A stretch of 64,000 bases of DNA from Pseudovirgaria hyperparasitica. Taxonomy: Eukaryota. The DNA lies in assembly GCA_010093815.1 (NCBI GenBank), contig ML996569.1; one strand, written 5' to 3'. The notes beneath the pieces were generated by a model. It worked only from the letters and a program-made list of their open reading frames with translations, was not told the DNA's origin and did no database searches. Positions 1 to 11,500 of the stretch are shown here, one piece after another. The position numbers were made by a program, and so were the translations under genes. Numbering within the stretch: position 1 is the stretch's first letter; each line of letters opens with the position of its first letter.

Positions 1-2422
1 ACAATAGCTGTGAACACATCCGCATTCTTCGAGCCTGAACCCTCGACAGTGAGTCGCTTTCGGAAATCCTCAGCCAAAGCCTCTGTTTCCTCCTTCTCGC
101 CGGCCACAAGAATTAGCTTGCGCGGTGCAATGAGAGGCACAAGCATCTGGAGATTGCGTTTGTCGTGAAGACCAGAGAAATCGATGAACGATACGTGACA
201 TGCAATTTTGATCTTTTCCTCTTCAAAAACCGCTTTGCAGGGTCCGTCAACACCCTCGCGGTCGTCATCCTCGTCTGACTCTGAAACGTCTTCTGGAGCG
301 TCCTCAACCAATGTGTCCCCATCCACATCTATTGAACCATCTCGCCGCGCGACTTTATTGCCATCGTTACTCTTGCGCCTTTTTTGTGTATTAGAAGCAG
401 GGCCACGCCAACCAGCAGGGGCTGATAACAGATTCGAATCTCCCCATCGTCTCTTTTGGCCAACGATGTTCTCTTTAGTGGCACCGGATCGCATGTCCTC
501 GCCGTCAATCTCGTCGCGTTCCTCCGCCCGAAGATATTCTTCAGGACGAATCATCTCACCAAAGTCATCGCCTCGTCTTTTCTTTGATGTGAAAGGGAAC
601 ATCTTTTCTCGTCCTCTTTTTCCGCGAACATCATAGTCATGAACTCCTGTGCCCCTAGTCAAGATGGTGATTCCAAGCTCTGCATCGCTCAAACCCAGTT
701 TGTTGTGGCGTGCATTAGTCATGGTGGCGGAAACATTGAGAGCCTTGCCTTGATGCTCAACGTCCGAATCCTCTGAGCTTGACGAGGAAGAGTCGGATTG
801 GTCTTCTATCACGTCTGCTGATGTCTCTAAAGCCGAGGCTCCAGGTCCTTCTCCATGGACCACATTCTGTCGCTGCCGTTGTCTTGCAAGGTACTGCTGA
901 TATATAGGTGTCTCATTTGCTGTCAACGGCAGCACTTTTACCGACCGTGTGGCGAGGTCCGTCCCAGAAGGCTCCACGACTGTTGCTTCATCTGAATTAC
1001 TCATACTTCCAGCTCCTTCATTCCAATATTGCCAAAGAGCACTGCCTAGTGACATACTGCCCGCGATTTGGCCTGGGCGTTCGGTCAAAATGATGATGTT
1101 TCGGGAATCTGATGCAATGTGGCGTAGAGTGTCCCTTGAAAACCCCCAGTTCAATGAGCTATCGCTCGCAATGATAACGACCGGCTGTTCCGTCGAGAGA
1201 TTGCGAATTATTGACGACTTTTTTTCGAGAAGCTTCAGATACCTAAAATCGAAAGGGGCTTTGACATTCTTGTTCTCTGTATTCTGAGCCTGCTGAGTTC
1301 GACTGCGACCGTTGCCATGTGGCGTTGGGTTCGCACTTGCAGTCTCAAAGTCTCTCACGAGGCCTTCTTCCATCCATTCGAGCATGCTTCGAGCATATCT
1401 CATAGTTGAGCCACACGTTCTGCTGGCTAGAAGTAGTTTCGCAGCGCGCAAGGGATTATCGTCATCATTGCCAACAGTCCACGCCTCCTCGAGAATATAT
1501 GCCAGTTCAAGAACGCGGGCGCTCGAATCGGAGGGAATAAGCACCGAGCCGCCCTTCGATACAGCATCTCTTATGAGACCCAACAAGCTCTCGTCTCGAC
1601 CTCTTCCAGAACCATTTGTATGACTAGCTGCTGGCCCTCTGCTACTACAAACGAGAGCAGTCGGCTTCCGAAGTTGCTCGATGACCTCAGAAGAGCCGGA
1701 CGCGCCACCCAACCATGCAGCTCCTGATAGTACGTGCTCTCTGGCTTGATTCCAGTCCACCGCATAGACGATAGATTCCAGACCATGCTGAATATTCCAA
1801 ATTGTCCCTCCTAGCGTGTGTCCAGCGCTGTATGCGGTAATAGTCAAGCCGTTCAACGGTGGAGAGAAAGGTGAGGGCATCGGCTGGTGAGGTTGTGAGT
1901 ATTTGAGAGGATTGATCAGAGCAAAATAGCCAGCGATCTCATCAGCACTCGGAGGCTGTAGCAGAATGTTGGGGTTTTTGTCATCTTGAGTAGTCGCGTA
2001 TGAGTATGTAGATTCGGAGAAAGCGGATGGTGGAAGGATTGAGGCCGCGAGAGGAGAAGACGCGTAGATGTCTTGCAATAGAGTTCTTCCCAATGATATG
2101 ACCGGTGTCGTAGCATATATGGGAATTCTGGTAAAGAGAGGAAAGTTTTTGCAACAGTGTGCAAAGGCGCCGAGGTGAGCAATAGTTGCGTGAGTGAGTA
2201 GCACAACAGATAAAGTGGGAATTTGCCTGATATAGCGGATTAGGTGTGCAAATTTATGGATTGACGTAGACACTACCTTTCGAGATCCTTGAGCATCTCA
2301 GCATCGAAAGACTCATCCCAGCCTACGTCGACAAGCAGCTTGATACCTCCATCAAGCTCCAGAATTGATTGCGACGCCTTTGAGCTTGATTGCGCGCCAA
2401 GCAGAGCAGTATACTGGAACAT
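1..2422 (-). CDS. CFT2: Cleavage and polyadenylation specificity factor subunit 2 (CPSF100/Cft2); 3' end runs off the window
   Basis: Starts MFQYTALLGAQSSSKASQSILELDGGIKLLVDVGWDESFD. Intron ~2276-2227, then RQIPTLSVVLLTHATIAHLGAFAHCCKNFPLFTRIPIYATTPVISLGRTLLQDIY, and later AYSAGHTLGGTIW. This is an inactive metallo-beta-lactamase/beta-CASP fold typical of CPSF2. Confidence 0.93.
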
Positions 2423-3831
2423 GGTGAGCCTGTGGTTAGGACGCAGGATGTGAGCGCTAATTGAATCCCATGCTGAAGAGAGACGACATATAATAAGCTC
2501 CGTCAACGACAGTCGGAGTGAATGCGCGATGCTTACACGAAACGAATGTTGGGTAAGCCGTCGCGTTGAGCCGTGCCTGTCAAGCTCTGAGCCGAGGATT
2601 TCCCGACTATTCAATTCTTACACATCACAGAAATTGACAGACATGTACGCACAAAAGAAGGTAACGACCAGATTGTTGGCACGTGAGAAGAGCAAGGATT
2701 AGAATATTGCGCGTAGGGTAAATCCAGTGCCATACTTTAGGGTGTTTTGGAATACTCATTGCTGAGATGCTGCAAGGTTCAGGCATCAACTTTACAATCA
2801 TTTCCTAACTCGTGCAAGTTTCTTTCGATCTCTGTATATTGGATCAGACCACCTCACTGGATAGATGTCCACCAGAATTGCCAATTTCGCAGGCCAAGAA
2901 ATGCAAATATCTCCCCATACAAGCGCCGGGAATAGCAGCTCCGTGTCTCAAAGCACACGTTCCGGCATACCCATCCGGAGGCATTCTCAAGGTTGACCGT
3001 GGCAATGAGATACTTATAATACTAGTTTCAAGGCCACTCTCAGTCGTATCAGGTACTAACTTGCTACAAACAGAACCGCAATCATCCAAGTCGAAACGAT
3101 GCAGAATAAACCCTTGTCGATCATACTTAGTAGGTAGTGTTCCTTGCAGGACTTTTCTATAGCAGTCAGGAGGGACCAAACATGGACTGGCAATGCCGGG
3201 AACAGATCCGGGCCTGGCAGGTCCTTTTACGACCAGCCGTATGGAGTCTTCCTTGATACACATCAATCATATCGCTGATCCCAGTGTCGACCACTGTACG
3301 TGGTGCTCGGAGATCAGCTCCTGTCCAATGGGTTCCCACAACGTACAATCTCAAATAGCCTGCAATGAGTCAGGAAAAGGCCAAAGCGTTCTGACCTTTG
3401 GATGATGATGATATCTCGGAATCAAGTTAACACGCCACGGTCCTGATCCCTTTACAGCTGATATACTCAGCCTGGATCCATGGCCGGGCAAAGGGCTTAT
3501 TGTGTTGCATGCTGGTAGACTTGGTCTGGTTAGATATAGAGTACGTCGGCATACCCGGCTTGAAGCTCGAGTCGACTGATCGGTGGATGGGCACAGACCA
3601 TGGAAAGCTTCAATGGCAACAGCTTCGCATATGGAGGAATCGCATGTTCGAGTCGGAATACGGCCAGTTCGAGCCGGTAATACGCCACATGCTTACAGGC
3701 TGCATCTGTCTTTTCTGTCGTGACCCGCCTAGCTATATTATGCATCAGCCATCGCTGCCGCTCAAAACACAGGACTTCAAACCCTGCTTTTTTCCTTTGA
3801 CTCTGTTCGTCACACTCGAGAGCACCTGTAT

Positions 3832-3868
3832 GGACACGCTGGACTCGCTGGACTCGCTGGACTCGCTG
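3832..3868. repeat. 9-bp minisatellite (GGACTCGCT) x4
   Basis: ggacacgct ggactcgct ggactcgct ggactcgct g read directly. Confidence 0.9.
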
Positions 3869-6571
3869 AATAACATACGTAGCGGTGCACTGACTCAAGA
3901 CTCTCGAAGCTCAGAGTTACAATCCAACGAACTGTGCCGTGCGTAGGATTACATCCTGCATGATGATTCACCGAGGACGGATCAGATAGGGCTTAGCGTC
4001 TTACGCACAGAAGTATCGCACTAGTGTTATCATAAGCTTTTCAAGATATAACTTATGGCCGTGGCTCCATCTCATACAATCATTATTTAGTAGTCTCAGC
4101 TTTTCATGAAGAATATTCGCCTCTCAATGTATCCACGCCCTTCGTCAGACCCGTAGTAATAACCCATCTATGGCCCGGGCCATGAAGGGTCGGCACGAAG
4201 GTCTTGATTCTGCGCCTCTAACATGCATATTGCAGCTCAACAGAAGATTTGGCACGGCACGAGGGCACGGGAAGCAAGGCACACCGCAGTCTTCTCAGCA
4301 TTCAATGCGGCACGGGTACCTTCATCGTGAGTATGACCTATCTTTGTGTTTCGCGTGGTTACTGAGTGTGGGTGCAGGGTAGGGCCCGGTACGGATAGCA
4401 AGGGACACTTGGGACGGCTCGCATGGTCGCTTTTGACTTTTCGGACCGCGAAGGGAAGGGCCACGCCATGTTTAGCGAGCCTTCACGCCGGGGTGTGATC
4501 CCGCGCGGCTGGTCTGAATGTAAATGACTTCCTCTCTGTTCATATGATTGCAAAGAGTGGTTAGTTGAAAGGATAGAATTGATTCACTAGACAAACATAA
4601 AGGGAACTCTCGCTAAATAGTGGTCAGTCCGGCCCTACATCATAGCTAGCCTGCCTCAAATACCATGCAAGCTGCAACCTTACTTCAAGAATTTAGCTAG
4701 CATAATGTGTGTAGCCAACCACTTCCATGACTTTGTCTTTGCGATCACCATATAAGCATATAGCTATTGGACTTTCATCCATAGATCGCATGCACCTCAT
4801 CGGAACATGCGCCTGTGGTTGATTGAAGGATTGGCCACCCAATTACACAAGCGACCAACCTCGTATTTTCCATGCGATGATGGGGAGATGTGCTAGCTTT
4901 GCTAACTGTATGAAGCAAGCTGAAAGCCTAAGACCAGCGGCAATAGGAACTCCAGCTCGCGGTGTCGCCATCGCGATGAATATTGGATTTAACATAGCCG
5001 GCATGCTATATCGACGTAATGAGATAATTAGGTTTGATGGAGAGCAAACACGTGTTGATATTGAATGTATAAACTCATCAACCCTACGCCTGAGAGTCTA
5101 GATACACTCGTCCAGAGCCAACGACACCATGTACTCGGCTCGTTCAGGCGGCGTTATCGCAGCATCTCAATTGAGTGATCTGGAAGCAGCCACAGAGCTT
5201 TCAGCCGTCATGGTCAGCAATCCGTGTGCGTTGTTTCGTACCTAGATCCACCATTGTTCACACACATACACAAACACACACGATCAGAGAACATAACTCC
5301 TGAGTAAACCTGCGGCCCAACACTATAATCCAGTCAATGTGATCAGATAGCCTTACCGTTGCTGAACAGATGCCCCCAATTCGCAACTATTCCGCGATCA
5401 GGCTGGGCAATAAGCGCGCCATCGTGGCCCCTATGCACTAATGCTTGAGTCGTTCCAAAAGGTTAGACTCAAAGTCTAAACGGTGCCGGTTTGCGCCATT
5501 CCATGCACCCCAGTCTAGGACACGGAGTGCCCCCCCCCCCTCCCCCCCCCCTTCCCTTCTGCCTTGTGGCATCAAGGCACCTTGCACTACGGCACTATCC
5601 ACGATCACTGGTCAGTGCAAGGCCCAGCAACAATAGGCACTGCCAATGCCAATTACCCTAGTCACCAGAGTGCAGTGAATGTGTGTCCCAAGTGGATAGT
5701 GGACTTGCGCCGCCGTTGTTACTCTATAGTCCCCTCGCCATCGCGCTGCCATGATCCACGATCCTTGACCCAAGATCCATACTTCGATACCCTATAACCA
5801 TCGCAGTGGGTCAAACACAGTCTGTGAATGCTTTTCTCCGACCTGATAGGCAACTCATCAGAATCTACAAAAGTCCCGTGCGCCGCCCACAGCCTTACCA
5901 TACGGCCCGCTTCTCTACGAAAACAGCTTTCATCTACCAACACGCTGGTTCTATTGGAGATACATCTAAACATCAACGCCTGAATCTGCACAGGGCTTTG
6001 CTCAGGCATTCCTTTGTTGTCTTTATCCCCTATTTTACTCATTCGGTGCCTTACCAGGGGCCCGAGTAGCTAACACAACGGCCGTGGCGCTAGGAATTCC
6101 TCAGGATCTTTACACCATCCATCTACTCACGACACTTATAGTGCATGTGGGTGCTCATACAAGGCCCCCATCTATCTCGACTCCTGGTGTGACCTGGTAC
6201 CCAATTCCTATCGCTCTATTACTTGGATCATTCGTTTCTGGCTCATTGGAACCCCTCTCCATCGGCCGAACTTTGCCTACCCAGGCCTGCGACTCGTAAG
6301 CCTCGCCTCAGCCCTTGTCACCTCTCTGATGGACCAGGTTGACCAGTCAGGCAATCCTGCCCCCAGTTGAAGCTCCATTCTTGCTTCGCTAAAGACCAAG
6401 AGAGCCCCGCCTTCAAATCTTCGCCTTTGTATCTTGAACGAGCTCCCTCATTAGAAGTAAGCAAGCTTTGCTTACCGCTCTACGGACAACAAAAATCTAC
6501 TCCGAGACCTCCGATGCTGCCTTGCATCCTTGAATCCTCTCGCTGATCCGCACTGCTGTACCAGCGTGTCA

Positions 6572-8590
6572 ATGACATCGCCGAACATCGTTGAGGTCAC
6601 CTCCTCACGGCTTCCTATGGCCACAACACAACGTCTGTACGGCGGCGAGGAATATTCCTTTAATACTGTCTATACCCCTTCAATTTCATCACCATCCTAC
6701 TCGGAAGTTCATTCTGGCCTGCTGCACTCGCCAAGACCACTGTGTACACCTATGAGTTCGACCTTTTCGAACACCCCTGGAATAAATGGCAGTCCGTCTC
6801 GGCGTTATAGCGCCGGTTCCTACGGTCATGATTCCGGAAGCAATGCCAGTTCTAGCGCGTCAACACCTGGTTCCGATGCCTCACATGCAGATGGCTATGC
6901 TTATGCGAGAGATTCGACGGCGAGTGATATCGTTGTACCAAAGATGGAACCTATGGACGAAGATATCAAGATGCCTAGTGTGGAGGTGGTACTACCGTCT
7001 CCTGGAGCAGCGCCTGGAGCTACGTCTTCAACAGCAACAACAAGATATGGACCCATCAGAAGGCGAGGTCGACCAAAAAAGGAGATCTCTGCTTCCAGTG
7101 CTTCTTCAGCTCAGCCAAAACCGACAGCAGGAAGATCAAAGACAGGATGTCGTACATGTCGAAGGCGAAAGAAGAAGGTAAATCCGGTGCTCCAAAGCTG
7201 TGGCGCCAATAGACTAACCTCTCCCTAGTGCGACGAAGGAAAGCCAGGATGTACAACTCCCACCATCACTTCGTCATCATCTCGAACTAATACGTTGCAG
7301 GCGAAAGCTGTAAGAAGAATAGCGTAGTATGTGAGGGCTATGAGCCTCTGAGGGTGTGGCAGGGTGGTAAAAGTAGTACTGGTTCCATCGTCTTTTCCAA
7401 CCTACAGCTGACTATGAATAGAGAGGCAACCACGACCACCGATACACTGGCCAAGTGCCATTCTTGGCGCTGAAAATGATCTCGATCGAGTACTTCTGAA
7501 GCATTTCGAGAATGATCTTTGCGATAGACTCCTTAGTCGATCGGGAAAGAGCACCTTTTTGAGAGACGTCATTGTTCCGATGTCTATGAGCCATGAAGGC
7601 CTGATGCACTCACTACTTTGTCTCTCAGGATCGCACATGCTTAGTCAATCCGAAGACGAAGCGATCAGAGCACGTACTGAGTGGCATAGATCCCGAGTCG
7701 TCAATGATTTGCTGAGCCTTCCGAACGATGGCCGGGTAGACGATCCCACAATGGCACAAGTCACACTTACGAGTCTAAATGCTCTACTTGCTCCGGATAT
7801 TGTGGAACAATACAGTCTGCACATGGAAACCCTGAAAGCCTTCAGTGAACATCAAACCCATCAGTCAGACAATCCTGCCTTTCGACAATTTATCATTGGA
7901 TACTGTCACCTTTATAAGATCTCGAAGTGTGTTACTGCCTTGACACCGCCAACGACTTTGCCGATGCCAGAATTGAACGTCCCTGAAGAGTTTCTTCAAC
8001 AAGTGGCAGGGCCCTTGATCGGGTATCTGGATCCACTGTTCTACTTCATCTCCAAGATTAGACGTCTAAGAGATTGTATCAGAGAACGGAGTCATGTCTC
8101 TCTAGGAGAAATCTTAGAGATTCAAGCGGATATCTCATCATGGAACAACCCTCATCGCTCCAAACCGAGTAGCTCTGCTTATATTGCCTCGGAACTTTAT
8201 ATTATAGCGGCACGTATCTATCTGTTCCGAACGATTCGCCCTTCTCGGGAGTATTTTCCTACGACTGAACCCTCGGAGCTCCAACGTCGGCTACACTATT
8301 GTATCAGTAAAGCGTTAGAGATCCTCCATTTATTGGATCCAGACGATCCCATCCATGGAAGCCTTCTGATGCCCCTCTTCCTTATGGGATGTGCCACTTT
8401 CAATCCTGAGCAGAGACCACCTATCAGTAGAGCATTTGCAACTCTGCGCAGGTTCGATGTTCTTGAGAAGAACAACAACGCTGAAACCATCGTTAACCAA
8501 GTCTGGGGCCTGATGGACGAACGCGATGAGTCTTCATGGGATTGGGAAAAGATCATCAAAGAGTCTAATCTAGACTTCTCACTTGTATAA
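6572..8590 (+). CDS. Zn(II)2Cys6 transcription factor with AT-hook and C-terminal Fungal_trans_2-type domain
   Basis: After splicing (introns 7178-7228, 7251-7300, ~7367-7421) the cluster reads GRSKTGCRTCRRRKKKCDEGKPGCESCKKNSVVCEGY. RRRGRPKK lies upstream. The C-terminal region has LMHSLLCLSGSH...LLMPLFLMGCATF...SWDWEKII. A probable 5' intron sits at 6457-6564. Confidence 0.9.
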
Positions 8591-11500
8591 GGCGGCAACA
8601 ACATGACTAATGACTTTCGGAATCCTTATACACCCTTTCACCATTCATGTTTCGACAGTCTTGACAGGCTACTATGTTCCTTTCGGCGTACGCATACTGC
8701 GAAATATTGCACTTTCGGGGTGACGAATACCACTTGCAGCATTTCCTAAACGGCGTAATAGTTCCCAGTCTAGCGAGGAGCAGGAGTTGCTGCAGAACTT
8801 TATCCTTTGTAGACCAGAGTATACCTCGATGCCAACGCATCATTGTTCATCATATATTCCTTTCATGTCGTCCTATATGACCTGTAACTAGATCGCTCAT
8901 TGGCAGTATATCTGTATATTCTCAAGCAGAAGCAGTTGTACCAACAGTTGGGTGCAAGTTTTGGCGGTGTTACAGTTGGCCCGTCGTGCGCCCCCAAAGG
9001 ATGCAGGCCAAGAAACCTTGCTCGTTCTGCTTTGCAACGCAGCCACATACGTAGATTTGCTGCGGTTAGAGAGTCAATTAGATGGTTCTCCTTAACACCA
9101 TTTGCCTATCAGGTATAAAGAGACGCATAGAAAGTACTTGAAGCTCATTGGACTATGCACCTCAATAGGGTAACTTTTCTGCGGGGTTGCCTATCTCTGA
9201 TTCAGGAGGATTGATGTCAAGGCACTGATCTTGGTTCGGCCTTTCTCTGGCCGTCGATTCATCAGCTTGTACATCAGCAAGATTTGAACGTCCACTCGAA
9301 TGAAGCACTACTGCGGTGAGCAGACGTACTACCAGTCTGCTCCATACGTGTAACCATTAGATGGTCTGAGCTGCATGCATTGCACTGCACTGCAATCAAG
9401 CGGTGCAGCTTCCGCTTCCCCGACAACGCTTTGTCGAAAAGTTCATTTCATCGAAACCACTGGTCTGCCTTGGCCAATCGGCATGCCTTCCCTGGTAATT
9501 CTGAGCAGCTTGTTGCAGAGCATGGAACACCCTTGTCTGCTCCACAAGCGCTCCACAGGACAGCGATTCAAGGATGTGCAGCCGGCATTGGTCAACTGGT
9601 GTCAGTGTTATCCATGTCGAAGGAGCGACGAATTTCAGAATTTGCATGCTTGCCCTGCCTTATGATGCAGGGATATTGCCAGCGTGAGCTGGCTTTGCCA
9701 TGTTTGTGGGGATGTCTTATTACCGGAATTTGTGGATTTTGAGGGGATACTGAACTTTGTTGGAATTAGGCGTACCATGTATATGAGATATGATATGCAT
9801 GGCTTTGAGTATATGATGATGACGGTCGGCCTCGTCATCGCCTATTCTTTCCACAGTGGTATCAGCATCGAACCGCTTACACGCGGGTGCTTAGATATAT
9901 CAGTAACGTCGTTCTACCAACTATACAGGTAAACTGGAGCTCTTATGGTGGGGACGCTTCCATAGACTACGCGACACACAAATCATGCTTGTTGGACTTG
10001 CTCCGCGCGACCGGAAGTGTTTTGCATACAGAGTTCATCTGCGCGATGCACAGAGGGACATAGATGGCTCGAGCGATATCAATCGGCATTACACGAGCTA
10101 ACAAACAAGAAAAATATAGATAACCCAACCCAAGGCTGATCCTTGAATGTGCAAATCATGCAGTCATGTACAACAGACAAAGCACTGATGGCAGACTGGG
10201 ATCTGAACACGCCATCCCTGACAATCTCAAATAAATCAGGGAACGCAGTCGCTCAAAGTGACGAGTATTATCTTACAAGTCTGGAAACAGAACTATAGAA
10301 CCTGTTCGTCATTTTGTCGGGCCTAAATGGTTGTCACGCTCTACAACTCGTCATATATGGCATGATGACCCACCGCAGCACTAGCCCCCATGATTGCACA
10401 AGCCTGCCGAGTTTGTACGAGACTGCTAGTGTCATTAGAATACAACTTCACTTTTCGAGTCGCCAAGTGTAAGCACGATACCGTCCCCGTGAGTTGAAAT
10501 CGTAGACCTAACGATATGCAGTGTGCTTGGCGGCTCCTGTGGTGATTAAATACCCTGAACAGAGAATCGAGCGCCTCCCTGGTTAAACAAACTGCAGACA
10601 CCAATGACAGGTTAGACGCTCGGTAATGCACATGGACGCGGTTCTACCTCACCTGATGGCAGTGTGGTGTGTGTGAGGTGATGCTGTGCAACATCGCGCG
10701 AGTACTCATATTGATCAGGAACAGTGAGCACCTATGCACTTTCGGGTTGAGATTGAGCTGCGGCGTCTTTCCGTCACGAGGTTGTACGCTAGAGTTGATG
10801 CGACAGCAAATGGATATGGATTCGTGTTTAGATGTGTGAGAATAGGGAGGTTCGGCTGTTCGGGCCCGGGATGTGGAGAGAGGTTCGTGTAATCAGTTTT
10901 TCTAGCGGGAGGGAGGGAGGGCAGACGGGAGGCCGTGCACTAGCTCAAAAGATGACCAACCCAATACTGACTAGATCCAGCTCCAGTCGCACGGGCTGTT
11001 ACCACGGTTTAGTTTAGTAGTCGAGCTAGCTCATAATAGGTAGCCCGCCACGGAAAGTGTGCTTCTATACAGACACTTCATACAAAGACTTTTATGGAAG
11101 CAAAACGACAAAGATCATATGATCAAAGTGTACGACTCGGGGAAATCCTCATGTGTGAAATTCTCGTACAATCGCAATGACCAACGCTGTAAAGCAAACA
11201 GAGAGGGTCCCAGGCCGTTCATGTGGAATGAAAGGGTTGGATGATATCATGATAGCGGGTTGACGGGATAGCGGGATACCGGGTTGGGACTGTCAGATCT
11301 TGGGATCTAAGCGCCGCGCGTAACCGCCCGTGTTTGAAGCCTTCTCAGCACCATGACACAGCGAAACCACCCCCCCTAAAGAAGCTGATGCTATTAGGCT
11401 TACCAGCTGCTTCACCAGGTGCAGGGTGCCCTGCTTGCACCCTGGATGGTATCATGTTCCCAGGCGCGCCATGAGGGTCCACTTGAGATGGCTGGCGCTG

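Noticed and set aside
2812..3946. Overlapping 60-150 aa ORFs (possible decayed gene, faint helicase-like wording) between CFT2 and the TF
   Set aside because: No coherent motif set, stops in all frames, and the putative intron at 3878-3826 lacks a branch point.
5421..5443. TGGCCCCT..GCACTAA resembling part of fungal U6 snRNA
   Set aside because: The ACAGAGA box and the rest of U6 are absent, so this is a chance match.
10341..10631. 96-aa ORF ending in YDEL, possibly joined to ATG 10709 by the nearby intron
   Set aside because: Splicing puts the ATG out of frame with this ORF, and there is no signal peptide.
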